The translations under genes and the position numbers were made by a program. The notes below the pieces were generated by a model. That model worked only from the letters and a program-made list of their open reading frames with translations, ran no database searches and had not been told where the DNA came from. A DNA stretch of 63,986 bases, filler included, from Conidiobolus incongruus B7586 (taxonomy: Eukaryota): assembly GCA_000697335.1 (NCBI GenBank). It is 6 parts of 6 records of this genome, joined end to end, with 100 filler letters (N's around TTAATTAATTAA, not from the genome) between each part and the next. Parts side by side here need not be neighbours in the genome. Positions count along the whole stretch, not along the records: positions 1 to 11,237 come from JNEM01006070.1; positions 11,338 to 20,872 come from JNEM01006073.1; 4 more parts are not named here. One strand, written 5' to 3'. Shown piece after piece: positions 1-14,143 of the stretch; position 1 is the first letter of the stretch, and every line of letters begins with the position of its first letter.

Positions 1-520
1 TATACTGATGTGATAAATTCAATTTTTGCAATTAATTTCAAGTACTCAGACATCTTTCTCTATCAATATCCAATCGACAAACTATTGGAAAAAACTACCT
101 TATCCTTTGAGTATAAGATAAATTATACCATAATATAAATCACTTGACATAAAAGTTGAATGCCGTATATAATAAAATACATTTGAGCCAAATATTAAAT
201 AATAATATTTATTTATTACATATTTCAAATTTATAAAATTTAATTCATTGGTTGATTAAAAATTTAAAAAATTACATTCATTATTGATAAATAACAGATT
301 ATCCTTAGGTGAAAGTATCTCAGTATTTATTCTTTATAATATAATCTTACTTAAATATATTTATTCTTATTGAAAAATTAAATTTCTAAAAGAATAAAAT
401 TTACGATTAATTAGTGATTGAATATAGATAAAAGCATATATTTCAACATCAATACAATTTAAAGATTGAATAAATAAGTAATCATTATTTCAACAAATAC
501 CTTGTTTGAATTTAAGATAT

Positions 521-790
521 TGCTGATCTCCTGGAAAGTAGACTTACAATAAAAATCACGTAGATTCTATAAAACAGGCCAAGCACGACTAACGATATAC
601 TTTAAAGGAGTTTTACTAAAATATCAAGGTGTGTTTAGTTCTTCGCCAATGTGTTGAAGCTCCAATTACTATTATAGTCTGGAATTTTCTATTGTGCAAG
701 GATTACGCCTAGTATTTGTAAGTAGATTACATTCGGAATCATGACGGACAGTTTAAGTTGAATGGAGAGCGGACCTTCCTATCCTTGACA
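521..790. mobile_element. Solo LTR (270 bp)
   Basis: GC-richer island with TG(CTGA)...(TTGA)CA termini flanked by ATAT on both sides (517-520, 791-794); no internal ORF. Confidence 0.55.
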
Positions 791-3700
791 ATATGTATTT
801 CTAAGTTGGAATAATAAGGGTAATAATAATAATGTAATTGAATGATTTTACATATTTCGAGATATATTATACTCCTAATTAAAACATATAATTAAAAGAT
901 AATATAATCAGGATTTATATATACATATTGAAACATAAGCGTCATATAGGAATGATCATTGCTAATTTAGAATCTAGAAATATTATATAATGCTAAAACA
1001 TATTTATATTTGATTACAATTATTAAAATCACTAGTCTTGGATTAGATAATTTTTGAATTCAAAATTATAGTTATATATGATTTACATAAAGTGCAATTA
1101 CTGTGTTATAGTTTATTATTATTGATCAATTAACCCTTGAATTTATTTATTTCAATATTTGGTTATCATCTCATTATATTGAAATACGTAGAGATTATAT
1201 CAATTAGTTCAATATTGCTAACTTTAATTTTCTTAAATTTATATAAATTATTATAACAATTTAATATATTATATATTAATATATTAATATATTAATAAAT
1301 AATTCTAATAATAATATTGATATAATATATTTCAACAATATTTTAGAGATTGATTATTTGTAGTACTAAATTCATAAAATAATTTATTTAATATATTATT
1401 AAGGTAAATTCAGTTGCACCAATTAATCAAGCTTTAACTACTGAGTTTGAATATGGACTAATCATAATATTACCAACGCAACAATTCGATAAAATTATTC
1501 TGTATATTTGTTTATAGTATCTATTTGAACTAAAGTTTGAAACAAATAATTTATCAATTCTCTCTCCTTAAGCCAAATGCACTTCATTTGGATTGGTAAA
1601 ATTATATGATTCAAAAAATTTTTCTAATAAATTAAAGAATGTAATATTCATTCAACAACTATGATTCACTGATATTAACTATGTTACCTTGATTTTTAAT
1701 TTGACCCCTATTTTAAACGTTTTTACCCAATAAAATTTTGATATAATTTAAATTATTTTATTTTGATTAGTTTCGAAATAAATTTCATATAAATATATTG
1801 GCTGAAAAATAGAAATATCAAGTATAAGCCATTAATTCATATTCTATTTTAAATATAGCTAGATAATAGATTTATTTGGTATACAATCAAATTCAAGAAT
1901 ATGCAATATAAGTAGTCAAAAGGGAGAGTAATTAATAGTTTTCTTTACAGAAATATTCTAATATATTAATCCAGATATAACTGTAATAAATTAGATATAA
2001 TATAACTTGATTAATAGGAATAACGATTTTGCAAGCAAGTCTTTTCATAATAGAATGCTGATTTTTAGATTGTATTATTAAATCAATGAATATGAAATTA
2101 TTTATAAGATCTATATCAATATACTAATTTTGTTTTTAATAAAAATACACTTCTCAATGAACGTTTTTCATATGACAATACAATATTCTCTCCCCCTTTA
2201 AAATTTAGTGTAATTTAAAATCACAAAATAATAATGTACTTAATCGAATATCAATTGATTATTCAATAAAATATTGTTAGAAATTTTAGATTTCTCAATG
2301 CATTATAAATATAAAGTAGTTATCTAAGAATAAAAACAATGCTATTTAATTTTAATATATTTAGCTGATATGATTTCAAAATATACGGTAATAAAATACC
2401 AATAATTTAGCAGTAATAATCAGTAATTAGTTTAGGCTACGTAATAAATTATTCCAAATGACATAATTAGATTAAACAGTTGATTTATTAAGCTGTTTCG
2501 TGTATACTCTGCAAACTGATATTTTGCAAAAAATAATTTAAAAATGGATGCATAATATAGAAACTAACTTACTTTATTTAATTCGATTAATGATTAGGCA
2601 AAGTATTTTAAAGATCATATTAAATAATTTGAGTAAATATTTTCGTATATATTCATTCAATTCATGATTGAATTTTCAAGCTTTAAAATATCTAAAATTG
2701 AAAATTATAAATTCGATCTAGGAATTCTAACGTATTTAATATCAACCTTTGAAAATAATTAATATTATGAATTCTCTCAAGAATAATACGGTTAATAATT
2801 TTTAACTTTTGAATATATTTGACCAAGCTATATATTTTAAATATGATAAATATAATCTTTCACAATCGTTAATTTTAAGTAAGATATTTATCACTGAATA
2901 TTATTTTCTGAATTGTATTAAATTCAAAATTTCGGGTATTTCTATTAATATATTTGAAATTGCGGCCAAATAAAACATTCTTTTGATTGCATGAAATTTA
3001 TTAGCTTATAATTGGTTAATAATAGTCAATAAAGATATTTTTCAAATAACCCATGATTACCATACAAAAACTAAATACATTACAATATTTCTATTAGGAT
3101 ATTGAAAAGTATTGTTATGGAGTTATAATTTCATAATTGATATATTTATTTATTTATTTAAAATAAACCCTCATATGATTCACCTTTAGGAATTAAATCG
3201 TTCTGATGTTGGATTAGATAATGAGGATTTATCATTGATTAAAATATTTTCTGATAGTGTATATAATATTTATTTTTGAATAGAAAAAAAATATTGAATA
3301 TTTGTATTCGATATCATGAATGTTCTATCAGTATATAATGAAAACTAGATATAATATAAATTAATAAGTATATTTTAGTCAAAGTCATATTAAATAATAA
3401 TTAATATTTGAAATCAACAACTCAGATAATAGGTCGATATATTTTTTAGTCAGACTGGAGAAGTTCAATAAAATTAAATACATAATTTTTTAATATTACA
3501 TTAATATTTAATTAATTAATATTTATCAATTTATATAGTAATGATAATATAATGTTTCGGGTAAAACTTATAGAATGAATAAGAATTAATGCTATCCTTA
3601 AGTTTTCACATTATCTACTTCACCATATTTTTTAAACTCGATATATTAATTCTAAATACCACACAATTGAAGTTTTTTAACCAATGTAATAATTATAGTC

Positions 3701-4741
3701 CAAATAAAACATATTTATGCAAAAACATATCCTTGACTATTCAACAATCAGTTATCATAATTTATTAACAATAGTTTATGTTATTCAAAAAGATTGAAAA
3801 GCAGATCATTTATCAAATATGAACCAATACATAGCTAGCAAATCATTGAATGGTTTCAAACAGGATTTCACTTACTGAAAATCTTATAATCAAATACTCC
3901 GAAGAAATTGTGGTGTTATGTGATTGATTTTTAATCAAATTCAGTTAAACAAATTTATCAAATAATGCAAAAATTTACTTTGATTTTTGTAATTTTTAGT
4001 AATATATTTGTAATATTTAATAGTATATAAAATTATATATTAGATTGATAATTTCAAAAGTATATAATTAATTTTATTGAAAATACTTTATCTATTTCGA
4101 GCATTTTGGGATTACCTAGTTAAGGATTAGTCTATCCAATTATTTATATTAATAATATTTTCAATATTGGTATTATTGAATTGATAGTGAGATAAGTGAC
4201 AAAAATTAATAAAGTTTAATAGTTACTGACTCCTACATAAATATATTCTTAATATTTATTTTAATACGAAATATGAAACCTTGGGATCGCTATTAAGATA
4301 TTGTTTAATATTATATATTCCAAAAACAAGTTTACAAATTATTTCAAATTTTTCTAAGTTTTATATAATATTGTTTGAGAATAAGTTACTAACTTATTTA
4401 ATTGTAGGTGGTTAAATATTTACTAGTACTTATCTCACTACTTGATTAACAATATTATGATATAAATTAATCAATCAACTCTATCTTAAAAACTCAATCT
4501 AGAAATTATATTCTACTATTAAATTAAAGTGGAATGTTTAGTAATTTGAAAGATATTTTCTAATATAAATTTAAGATTAACTATGCAACTTATTCGCATT
4601 TAATGAAGCGTAATGAAAGGGTAAAAATAAAATTTAAATTAAATATTAAACTTAAAATATTTAGTTTAGTTGTTAATATAAAAATGTTTTAATTAAAATT
4701 TTATTAAAAATTTAGATTCAACATAATTGATGCAATAATCT

Positions 4742-5075
4742 TGTGATTACCTAGATGGTAATCCGCCCGACCAACTTCATCTCGCCATCTATTACCTTAT
4801 AGAGATAAAATTTCGGAATACCCATCACATCACTTCAAGCTTTCATTTTTCTGAAAATTTAATACACTCCTTCACACTATTTACGACAGACGAATGGTGT
4901 TTAAAATAATCATTGTTGGAATACATTTTCATTATCACCTCCGGTCTTATGTGAAGCCTATTAAACCATTAACAATCCTTAATAAAGCATCTTAACACAA
5001 ACTATCAAATAAACCACGAGAAAACCGCTCTCTTCCCTATTAACAACATCCAACTAGCAGTCGGTAGAACCATAA
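4742..5075 (+). mobile_element. Probable degenerate solo LTR
   Basis: GC-richer non-coding island starting TGTGAT, with AATAAA motifs, ending ...CATAAC; no clear TSD. Confidence 0.35.
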
Positions 5076-5217
5076 CCTAAATATATTCAATCGATCTTAA
5101 TGCTAGAATTTTTGTGTAATAAAATATAACAGTTTATTCATGTTCATCATTTAAACTATATAAATTAGCTATATTTTTCATATTTTAATATCTACGCAAT
5201 ATCGATTTAATAATATG

Positions 5218-5218
<1 letters not shown>

Positions 5219-5263
<45 letters not shown>
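5219..5263. repeat. (TAA)15 microsatellite
   Basis: Read directly. Confidence 0.95.
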
Positions 5264-5265
<2 letters not shown>

Positions 5266-6262
5266 TAGCAAACTAGATATTAAACCATTATATTATATAA
5301 TGCGGTCTATATAATAAATAAATGTCATATTTCTGACTATATTAAATGATAATATATAATTAAACATTGATTTAAATTTTAATATTGTTCTATATTATAT
5401 TCAATAGTGCTTAGAATTGAGATAAATAAACCTTATCATTAATTATTTTCGTAATATTTTTAATATAAATAGAAAGATCAAAATAATTTACACTCATTAT
5501 AATACCTTGATTGAATTAAATAAGAAAATAACTAGATAATCTAATTAATAATGTGATCTATCTCATATCTAAGTTTCTACCAATAATTTATTTTATTTGA
5601 AAAAGAGCTATCAAGCCATCAAAATCTTTAACTATAAACTGTGAATAATTAGTTATATAAGACCATTACAATTTAATAATTAAATTTTCAATTGTCTAAA
5701 TCATATTTAAAATTTATCTATTTTTATAATAACTTGTTTAATATGTATATTGTATTGAATCTTTCACATTTTGGTGATTTAGATCTATAGCAATAAATAG
5801 TTGTCAGAAGCATTGCTAAATATAGAAACAGTTTTAATAAGTTTTAGGATTAAATAATTTTATTCAGTTATTTGAAAATATTAACTATGAAAATCATAGT
5901 TCAAAATAATAATTGAAAATAGTTGGTTAAAAACGATATCATTATATTATAAAAACAATAATAATAATAATAATAATATATAAAAATAATTTTTCTAATA
6001 TAAGTTCATTCACATTCCTTTAATAATTATAGTTAATATCCTTAATATATTTAATTTAATATTTCTAGGTAAAAATAAATAGATAAATTGTTATCAAATC
6101 TATTGTTATAAATAAACATGCAAAATATTTTAGAAAAACTTGTTATTTTTTTAAATTTTAAAGCTTTTGAGAACAATTCAAAAGGTTTCAAAGAAAAAAG
6201 ATTGAGTATAACTAGGTATACTGTTATTCAAAAATTACTAAGTTTTTACTATTAAATAAGAC

Positions 6263-7690
6263 ATGGATTCCGATACTGAATACAGCCAAGATGATCTCGA
6301 TTATAGTCAAGACGAATCGCAACCAGATGATCTATTTCCTAATTACGACCCTTCTATTTTTTTATGGAGCTTAGGACATGTAGTTAAATATTGTTCCCCA
6401 AGAGTGTTAAAAAACCTACGTCTCGTCAACAGCGAAGCCAAGCGTTACTCTGACACTAAGTTATTTCAATTCATGCAGTTTGATTTCAATTGCATTTCAG
6501 AATACAAAAATTTACGAGCAAATTACTTCGAGAATATCAACAAATTCATCCAGCGCTCACAGCTTTACCGTTCGTACGTTGTATCTTTGAGCTTCCATTA
6601 TGAACTATCCCCTCAGCTTCTTACGGAAATATGCAGAAGCTTCCCCAACATTAAATATTTGACTCTCTCTGATTTAAACATGTCAGAAACAGAGATTTTG
6701 AAACCAATCTCTGGATTGAGTCAATTAGAAAAATTAAGTTTAAAAAATTCTAAAATTTTTCGTGACCCAGATGCTACTCCACCAATCCAACGCATTGACC
6801 TTCCACTTTCTTTACAAGTGGTCAGTTTAGAGTTTGTTGAGCTATTAAACAATCCAATCCATTTTATTGATTCGTTTTCTCATCAACATTTCTCCAAGTT
6901 TGAAATCAAGGAGGCTGAAAGCCTAGAATCGGTTTTCTTGCTCTATGGAACCTCCATTAAAGCCGAAAAAATAAGTATGCAACTCCCCTCTATCGATACG
7001 AGTTTTGTCGTTTCTGAGGTTTTGGGTAGAAGAAAAGAACTGAATAGTTTTGAATTGGAATGCGAGAAGCTGAATCAAGAGATAATCAACTCGATCCAAT
7101 CCAATCATAACCTCAGAAGCCTCAAGCTTATTAACCCAATAGACGCTTACCGCATTCCTTTGGAACCTATTCCCATTGTGGCAAATACGTTCAAGTATTT
7201 GACTTGCTTTACTTTCCATCATAATATTGGATACTGCGAAACACTTAATAATTTATTATCGAATATGCCGTATCTAAAAAAATTATCTGTTGGATCTGGA
7301 TTTTTGGGCGAAAGTGTAATCGAGCCTCTTCGTAATCATTGTGCAATGTTAGAAGACTTATCCTTGGTTAAAATCCATAAACCAGGTGGTATGGTCCCAC
7401 ATAAACACTCTGGTTTATTTTTTCTCAGTGTATTCGATCAAAAATTTTTGTGCTCTGCTACGTTGAATAAGCTAACTATCCAGCGCATTAATTTTATTGG
7501 ATTTCTTCCTCAATACGCGAACTTATTTCCTAATTTAGAAATTATAAAGTTCATTGACTGGTCCGAAAAGCTGGAAGAAAAGCCCACATTTGAAAGGTTT
7601 GAAGAATACCTTGAAAATTTTGACGATTACTGGGCTGAATACCACGAAACTACCTTTTTACAGTCTGTAATCCTTCATAAAATCCATTAA
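6263..7690 (+). CDS. F-box-like / RNI-type leucine-rich repeat protein, 475 aa
   Basis: Intronless ORF: acidic N-terminus, F-box-like segment (LWSLGHVVKYCSPRVLKNLRLVNSEAKRY), repeated LxxLxL motifs (FPNIKYLTLS, LSQLEKLSLK, NLRSLKL, MPYLKKLSV, FPNLEIIKF). Confidence 0.75.
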   Translation: MDSDTEYSQDDLDYSQDESQPDDLFPNYDPSIFLWSLGHVVKYCSPRVLKNLRLVNSEAKRYSDTKLFQFMQFDFNCISEYKNLRANYFENINKFIQRSQLYRSYVVSLSFHYELSPQLLTEICRSFPNIKYLTLSDLNMSETEILKPISGLSQLEKLSLKNSKIFRDPDATPPIQRIDLPLSLQVVSLEFVELLNNPIHFIDSFSHQHFSKFEIKEAESLESVFLLYGTSIKAEKISMQLPSIDTSFVVSEVLGRRKELNSFELECEKLNQEIINSIQSNHNLRSLKLINPIDAYRIPLEPIPIVANTFKYLTCFTFHHNIGYCETLNNLLSNMPYLKKLSVGSGFLGESVIEPLRNHCAMLEDLSLVKIHKPGGMVPHKHSGLFFLSVFDQKFLCSATLNKLTIQRINFIGFLPQYANLFPNLEIIKFIDWSEKLEEKPTFERFEEYLENFDDYWAEYHETTFLQSVILHKIH

Positions 7691-9879
7691 GTTTGCTTTT
7701 TATAATATTAATAAATAAATTGCTATACTTATTATTAACTATTTCTTTATATATATGACTTCATATACAATTTCATCATTGATTTACTAGCTCTTTAATT
7801 AATTTTTACATTGCTAAATGACAAAATAATTTCGAAGAACTATATGAATATGCTAAACCATTAATTCGAACCTTTGATAGGTCATTATATTTATTTAAAT
7901 ATTTTTGAAGCAATTTTAAGGTTATATTATAACATTTTTATCATGAATATAAATCTTATAAATACGGCATTAATGGAATATTTCATTTATATTATCATTT
8001 TATTATAGTATTGACAAACTTTTGAGTAAATGCCTAAATCCATGAATATAACTATAATAAATGATGATATTATTATAATTATATTATTTCCTATTATAAT
8101 TTTTGATTTTAATTCAATAAGGAGTGGTATGTTTTGAATAAGTTATAATAATCTCGGAATTAATTTAAAATATAATCATGATCAAAAGATTTATTAAAAG
8201 TATTTTTTGATTATTTCTATCTTAATTCAATGGTAATTAATTATATAACAATATTATTAATTATAATTTTAAAAAATGGTCATATTAATTGTATTTAATA
8301 GTATTTTTGATAATTTCATACATGCCAATCTAATTAACACATATAAATCAAGGCAATTTTCGTTAACTCGGTTTTTAGAGGGATATATTTACAAATTTTC
8401 AGAACCCAAATTTAATTAGAGTATTTGAATAAAATTCATTTTATTGAATATAACCATAATGATTTTTTGTGTGGATATAATAATTATAGACTATATCAGT
8501 TAAGTATTTTTTTGAAAAACTTGTCAAAATTGCTACAAATTATTACAGAATTATATATAATTTCACATACAAATCAAATAATTTATTCAAAATCTGAGTG
8601 TTATGTTATTTATCACCCACTTCCAAATTTAATCAATGGAATGGGATTAATCACAAGTTTAATGACTATTTATAAGCATTAAATTACAAAATACATATTG
8701 GAATTTGATGTCATTTTGGATAAAAGAGTAATCAAATTATACAAAATTTTAATATAATGATTATAAACAAACCCATTATAAGTTTTAACAATTTTATTAA
8801 TATTATATTATTTCATCAAATGTCTATTACAATATATATTAATATTTATATTGTAAATTCATGGATAGTGTTTTAGTACATTTATGTGATATATAGGAAC
8901 TTTTGAATGTTATGTTTCTTACTTGAATTTGTTAAATTCAAAATTAATTTATATTGTCAAAATTCACCTCGAATATATTAAATTAATAACTAGTACTTAT
9001 TTTGTAAGCATTTTGAGATGAGGATATATAAAAATTCTTAAATTAATTCGAATTTACTATTGTAGAATAAAGCAAAAAAAATTTTCATATACCTAGTATT
9101 TGATGTAAAAGCAGAGAATATAGTCTGAGTTTCATAATGTATCTACTTCAAATTCGTTTGAATGTTAAAATAAGCTTTTCATCTAATTCTACATATTTTT
9201 TAACGATTTCTATATCCATTTTACCTATTAACTGTGATAAACCTAAAATATAATACCATTGTAATTATAATAGGAGATGATTTGATAAAATTATAAAATA
9301 TTTAATTATCAAAAGCTTGAAAAAGCGATATAAATCGGCAATTGTTAAAGTTAGAGGAGTGATATATTTATTAATTCAGAATACAGTATTTTATATCACA
9401 GTATTTCTGGAAGAAATTTTTATTAAAATTGTTTTATATAATACAAATTATAGTTTTATGCATTATAGAAAATATAATCAAAAGCAAGTATATTTAGATG
9501 GAGAGCCAATTATGGTGACACCATTAAATTGTTATTGGGAATTGAAGTCAATTTTTCAATCAAACGTAGCGCTAACCAACTCTAACTCTTTGCTTAAATA
9601 TTTGATAATAAAACTCTATTATTATTATTATTATTATTTCAAACTATAAATGATAATCCTGTTATATTTTGTTGAGTTTCAATTTACTTTAGCACAATAA
9701 TTTTATATAATTTTACGGAGTTTGAAAATTGAAAAGGGACACAGTAGTGGATGGTTGATTAATTTAGTTTGGATAAATTTTATTACAATATATATTATTC
9801 TATATTTGATAAATATTTAATAAATATAGTTAATACAGAATTGATTTGATTCAAATTTAAGGGATTTATTTTATACTAC

Positions 9880-10209
9880 TAATATTAGTTGGGAATGCCC
9901 TGTTCGGATTAGTTTAAATAAGTGAAAGAGTTATGAGGAATTCCAGGCAACTGTTAAGGAGAGAAGGAATTTATTGATGTAATCAGATAGCTGGGAGGAC
10001 CCAGATCGAGCTCATCTTGTCAAGGATAACTTCAATTTCGGGTTATATATAGAATGTGTTAGGCAAGGAAATTTATGAGGTTCTCCGGTGGCTTGTATTA
10101 TCAGCCAATTAAAAGATAGAGAAGTAGCTAATATGTGAGGAAGGAATGACTCTTATATTAGGTTGACGTAAGTATAATTAGTAAGGGAGGAGTCACCTGA
10201 CTCATGACA
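9880..10209 (-). mobile_element. Solo LTR, family A copy 1
   Basis: Homologous to 13809-14143 and 32478-32805 (shared CCAGATC, CCAATTAAAAGAT, GGAGTCACCTG); minus strand starts TGTCATGAG and ends ...ATTA; 4-bp TSD CTAC/CTAC. Confidence 0.8.
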
Positions 10210-11237
10210 CTACATTTATTTAATTTATCAAAATTAACTTGAAAATACCAATTGATATTTATTAATATATATCTCTCAAAAAACATTATTTATATTTCAT
10301 TCAATTTATTAAATAAAATTCCAATTATCAGTAATTAATTATATTGTGTTTTTATTTTCTAAATTATGCAAAGGTGAAAAAGGATTCCAAGTATAGTTTG
10401 AAAATTTAAAATCAGATTTATTAATCATATAGGAATAGAGTGAATATTTTTCCGTTCCTAAAATCAATGAATATTGTTTTTTGATTCATACAGAAAATTA
10501 CCAAATTTAATATTTTTAGATCAATATAAATTTGATATCAAGATATTTTGAAAAGTTCAAACTTATTTTAGTTGAATTTGATGATATTTAAATATTATAC
10601 GGTATATAATATTAAATAAATTTATTTTGAAATATGCATATATTGTTATTAAATCTGACTTTAATAACTATAACTTGAGAATGAATTTAATAACTTAATT
10701 TTGGTCTACCTTAATTAGGGATAACAAATTTAATTCGATCCTTATATTAATTTAAATATTTCTGTTTAAAAACTTTTTAAAGCTATTTGCTATTTAAGTT
10801 AATTATTATTTATTAACATTCTATATAAAAACCAACGGACTTTAATAATTGAAAAAATTATTAAAATAGTGCCCATTTTAAAAATAATGATAAAATATTA
10901 TTAAACTAATTATAATCAAAATGCTTATAATATAGATACTTTTGGTGAAATTGATTACTATTTTTAATAATTATGTCAGAATATACTCTAATATTCAGGA
11001 TGTTATATCAAACTTTATATTTATTACCAATTGAAAACTCAGTTCAATATTATAAGGTAAATTTAAGGATTTCAGTTCAAAATAAAATCATAATTTAATA
11101 TGTATCATAAAATTCAAATTATCATATAATGTTATATCTTTATATTACAATTAATAATGAGAGAAAGGCTTCAAAATAAAAAAAAATGCCCTATATAAAA
11201 ACCATGCATTTTAATTTATCTATTTTTAACATTGTAA

Positions 11238-11337
11238 NNNNNNNNNNNNNNNNNNNNNNNNNNNNNNNNNNNNNNNNNNNNTTAATTAATTAANNNNNNN
11301 NNNNNNNNNNNNNNNNNNNNNNNNNNNNNNNNNNNNN
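11238..11337. other. Assembly gap linker
   Basis: N44-TTAATTAATTAA-N44 spacer with stops in all six frames. Confidence 0.98.
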
Positions 11338-13808
11338 TTCCAATTAAAATTTTTATATTATTAGAATATTTTCTTTTGATTTAGCTTATATATTTATATT
11401 TAAAATAAATATGGTAATCAATTGAATATAGTGTAGGAGAAGACTTAAATTAATGATGACGTAATAAAATTAATATATCAGTAGAGTTTATTCAAGCTTT
11501 TGATATATTGATTAATACTAAATACTAAATAATATCAATATATAATATAAAAATGATAAAAGTAATCTCAAATCTTAGAAAATAATAGTGATTATTAACG
11601 ATCAAAGAATAATATTAAGATATTGAGAGAGAGAAAAAGAGAGGAACTATGCTTTTAATTTAATCAAAGTTATTTATATAATTAAATTGAATTTAAATTG
11701 GATTTTTAAAATAAATCTGAATAATTAATTAAAAATTAATATAAAAATAGAATTATATATGAAATTTAAGAACCAGTTTCTTGACAATAAATATTCTAAT
11801 TATGATTAAAAATCATTCAAAGTTCCAAAGATAGATATTTTTCAACAATATATTAAAACATTTATAATTTGATTATATCATCAAATATTAATATTAAATT
11901 TAATTAGAAGTTTTAAATTTAATTTGTCATTATACAATTTATATTTATGACTTATTAAACCTAAAGAAAGATCTGATTCAATCAAAGAATAATAATAAAA
12001 ATTTTAAAATTAAAAAATAGTTGATAAAGAATAAAGGTTTTTTCTAAATTATGGTTGATATATTTTAATGATATTTAAAAATATTAAATAATTATATTTT
12101 TATTCCCAAATATTTTAGGTATAAGAATATTAATTTGATTGACATTCAAATTCTTCAATAATATTTCAATTTTTATTCTTTATTTAATAAGTTTAACAAA
12201 TGTTGTAAAACTCCATTGTTTACATTTCTATAGGGTTTAGGATGGCTAAGATCAACTTTGTGGTTAACGTCATGTGAAGTCATTCTATCGAAAGGAAAAT
12301 ACTGTCAATTCTTTTGTATGTGGGTTTGATTGAATGTTAAATATGAATAAAACCAAAAAGGCGTCCTTTATTGTTCAAAATATAGAATTTGCTTTTATAT
12401 TGCAACTACACACTACTAAAATATCAGATGCTTTTTATCAATGCATCATCTATTAACATGAACATATTTAAACTGTATGACTCATAAAAACAATAACAAA
12501 TAGTTCAAATTCATAAATATAAAAAATTATCATTTTTGAGTAAAGTTGATAAAATAATAAAAATTATTTTAAAAGAAAATTTTGATAATTCTTATTATAA
12601 ATAAAAGATTATTAAAATAGCTATTAAATAATATTTAAATACTATTTTAATTGATTTTAACAGTTATCTTTAACATTAAAGGTTCATTCTATCTTTATAT
12701 CTTAAATTAATTATATCTAATAGAATTTTACCTAAATATAATAATATTTGATAAAAATATATAAAATTCAAAATTATTATTTCCTTGGGAGTTTATAATG
12801 ACTTTAAATTTTGAATCAAAACACTTTTAAACTTTTATTTATATTTAACTGATTAAGGTTGATAAAAGTTTTTTGAAATAGAATATTCATATAGAAGAAA
12901 AATTTTAATAAATATAATTCAATATATTTTATTATAAAATTTAAAGTATTTAGAGTATTAGGTTTTCAATTATTTTGAAATATTATAACTATATACCAAT
13001 TGAGTTGATATCAAATTATAAAAATATTAAACTATCAAAATTATTTTGAATTTAAATTATAATATCTAAAATTGCTATTTTGAATATTTAAGATCTTGCT
13101 TGAATTTCTTTGGTTGGTATAAATGTAAAGCAAAATAATTCTTTGTATGAGATTATTCAGATTAGAGTTAATTAAAATAATTTACGAAATTATGTTTTCA
13201 AGTCTTTTTGACATAAATCGTTAATTCCAAGTTTTTATAGATAATTGATATACAACAATATTCATAGCATGGCATTTTGATATATAATCTTTGTTCAATT
13301 TCGCTAAATTATAAATTTCATTATTTAGTTATTTGGGTTTTGATTGAAATTTATATGAAAAGTTTTATTCTATAAATAATGAATATGATGAGTGATTTAA
13401 AAATTTATGATAGTTTCAAAAAGAGGTCCTGAAATACCAGTGAAAAAAAGATTATTGATCAAATATTGATGGGTTTTAATACGGGGCTTAACTTTGAACC
13501 ACTGTATATGTATATAAGCAACTCGTACAAGAGATTTTCATAATATCTATAAATTTATTTAATATTAGTACAAATATATTTAAATATTATTAAGTCATTC
13601 TTTTGAAAAAATAAAAACCAATATCTCAAATTAAATAATATTAATAATCTATATATTGAATTTTAAATATTTTCACTAATTTCAGATTTTGGAAATCAAT
13701 TACCACTAAATAAAATATAAATTCAATCATTCAACTCTGATTTGACTTTAAATATATAAATAACACTATATAATTAATTGATTAGATAATTATCAAATAT
13801 AATATATC

Positions 13809-14143
13809 AAATACTTACACGTCTTGGGAAAGCTGTATCCAGAGCAGTTTAGTAAAGGAGAGATCTGGGGAATTCCGGGTAAGTTTTAGGGAGATAGGAG
13901 GTTTATTGGTTTAAGTAAAATTGCTGGGAAAATCCAGATCAAACTCGTCTTTGTGAGGATAGCCCTAATCTTGGGTTTTATATAGTGTGGGTTGGGTAAG
14001 GTGATTCATGATTCTTCGGTGACTTACATTTTCAGCCAATTAAAAGATAGAGCCGGAGCAGATGGTATGCGAGTGAGAAATGACTTTTACATTAGGTTGA
14101 TGTAAAAAAATTTGGACAGAAAGGAGTCACCTGGCTTGTGACA
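13809..14143 (-). mobile_element. Solo LTR, family A copy 2
   Basis: Colinear with copy 1; minus strand starts TGTCACAAG; flanks TATC/AATC. Confidence 0.8.

Noticed and set aside
4171..4455. Inverted repeat TAGTGAGATAAGT suggesting a MITE
   Set aside because: Short core only, with no defined ends or TSD.
8425..9649. ORFs 8425-8682 and 9317-9649, and similar ORFs at 18682, 20195, 24433, 40513, 41204, 46680 and 54238
   Set aside because: Ile/Lys/Asn/Tyr-rich chance ORFs in AT-rich DNA, often with non-ATG starts and no recognisable motifs.
11282..11293. TTAATTAATTAA palindrome repeated five times in the window
   Set aside because: Always centred in N runs; an artificial scaffold linker.
13080..13510. 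Possible DNA-transposon remnant (TACAGTGG-like end near 13506, weak MULE-like peptide)
   Set aside because: No partner TIR found and the peptide similarity is too weak.
9880..14143. Two same-orientation LTRs as ends of one full-length retrotransposon
   Set aside because: Each has its own TSD, they are too diverged, and no gag/pol is recognisable between them (a gap intervenes).
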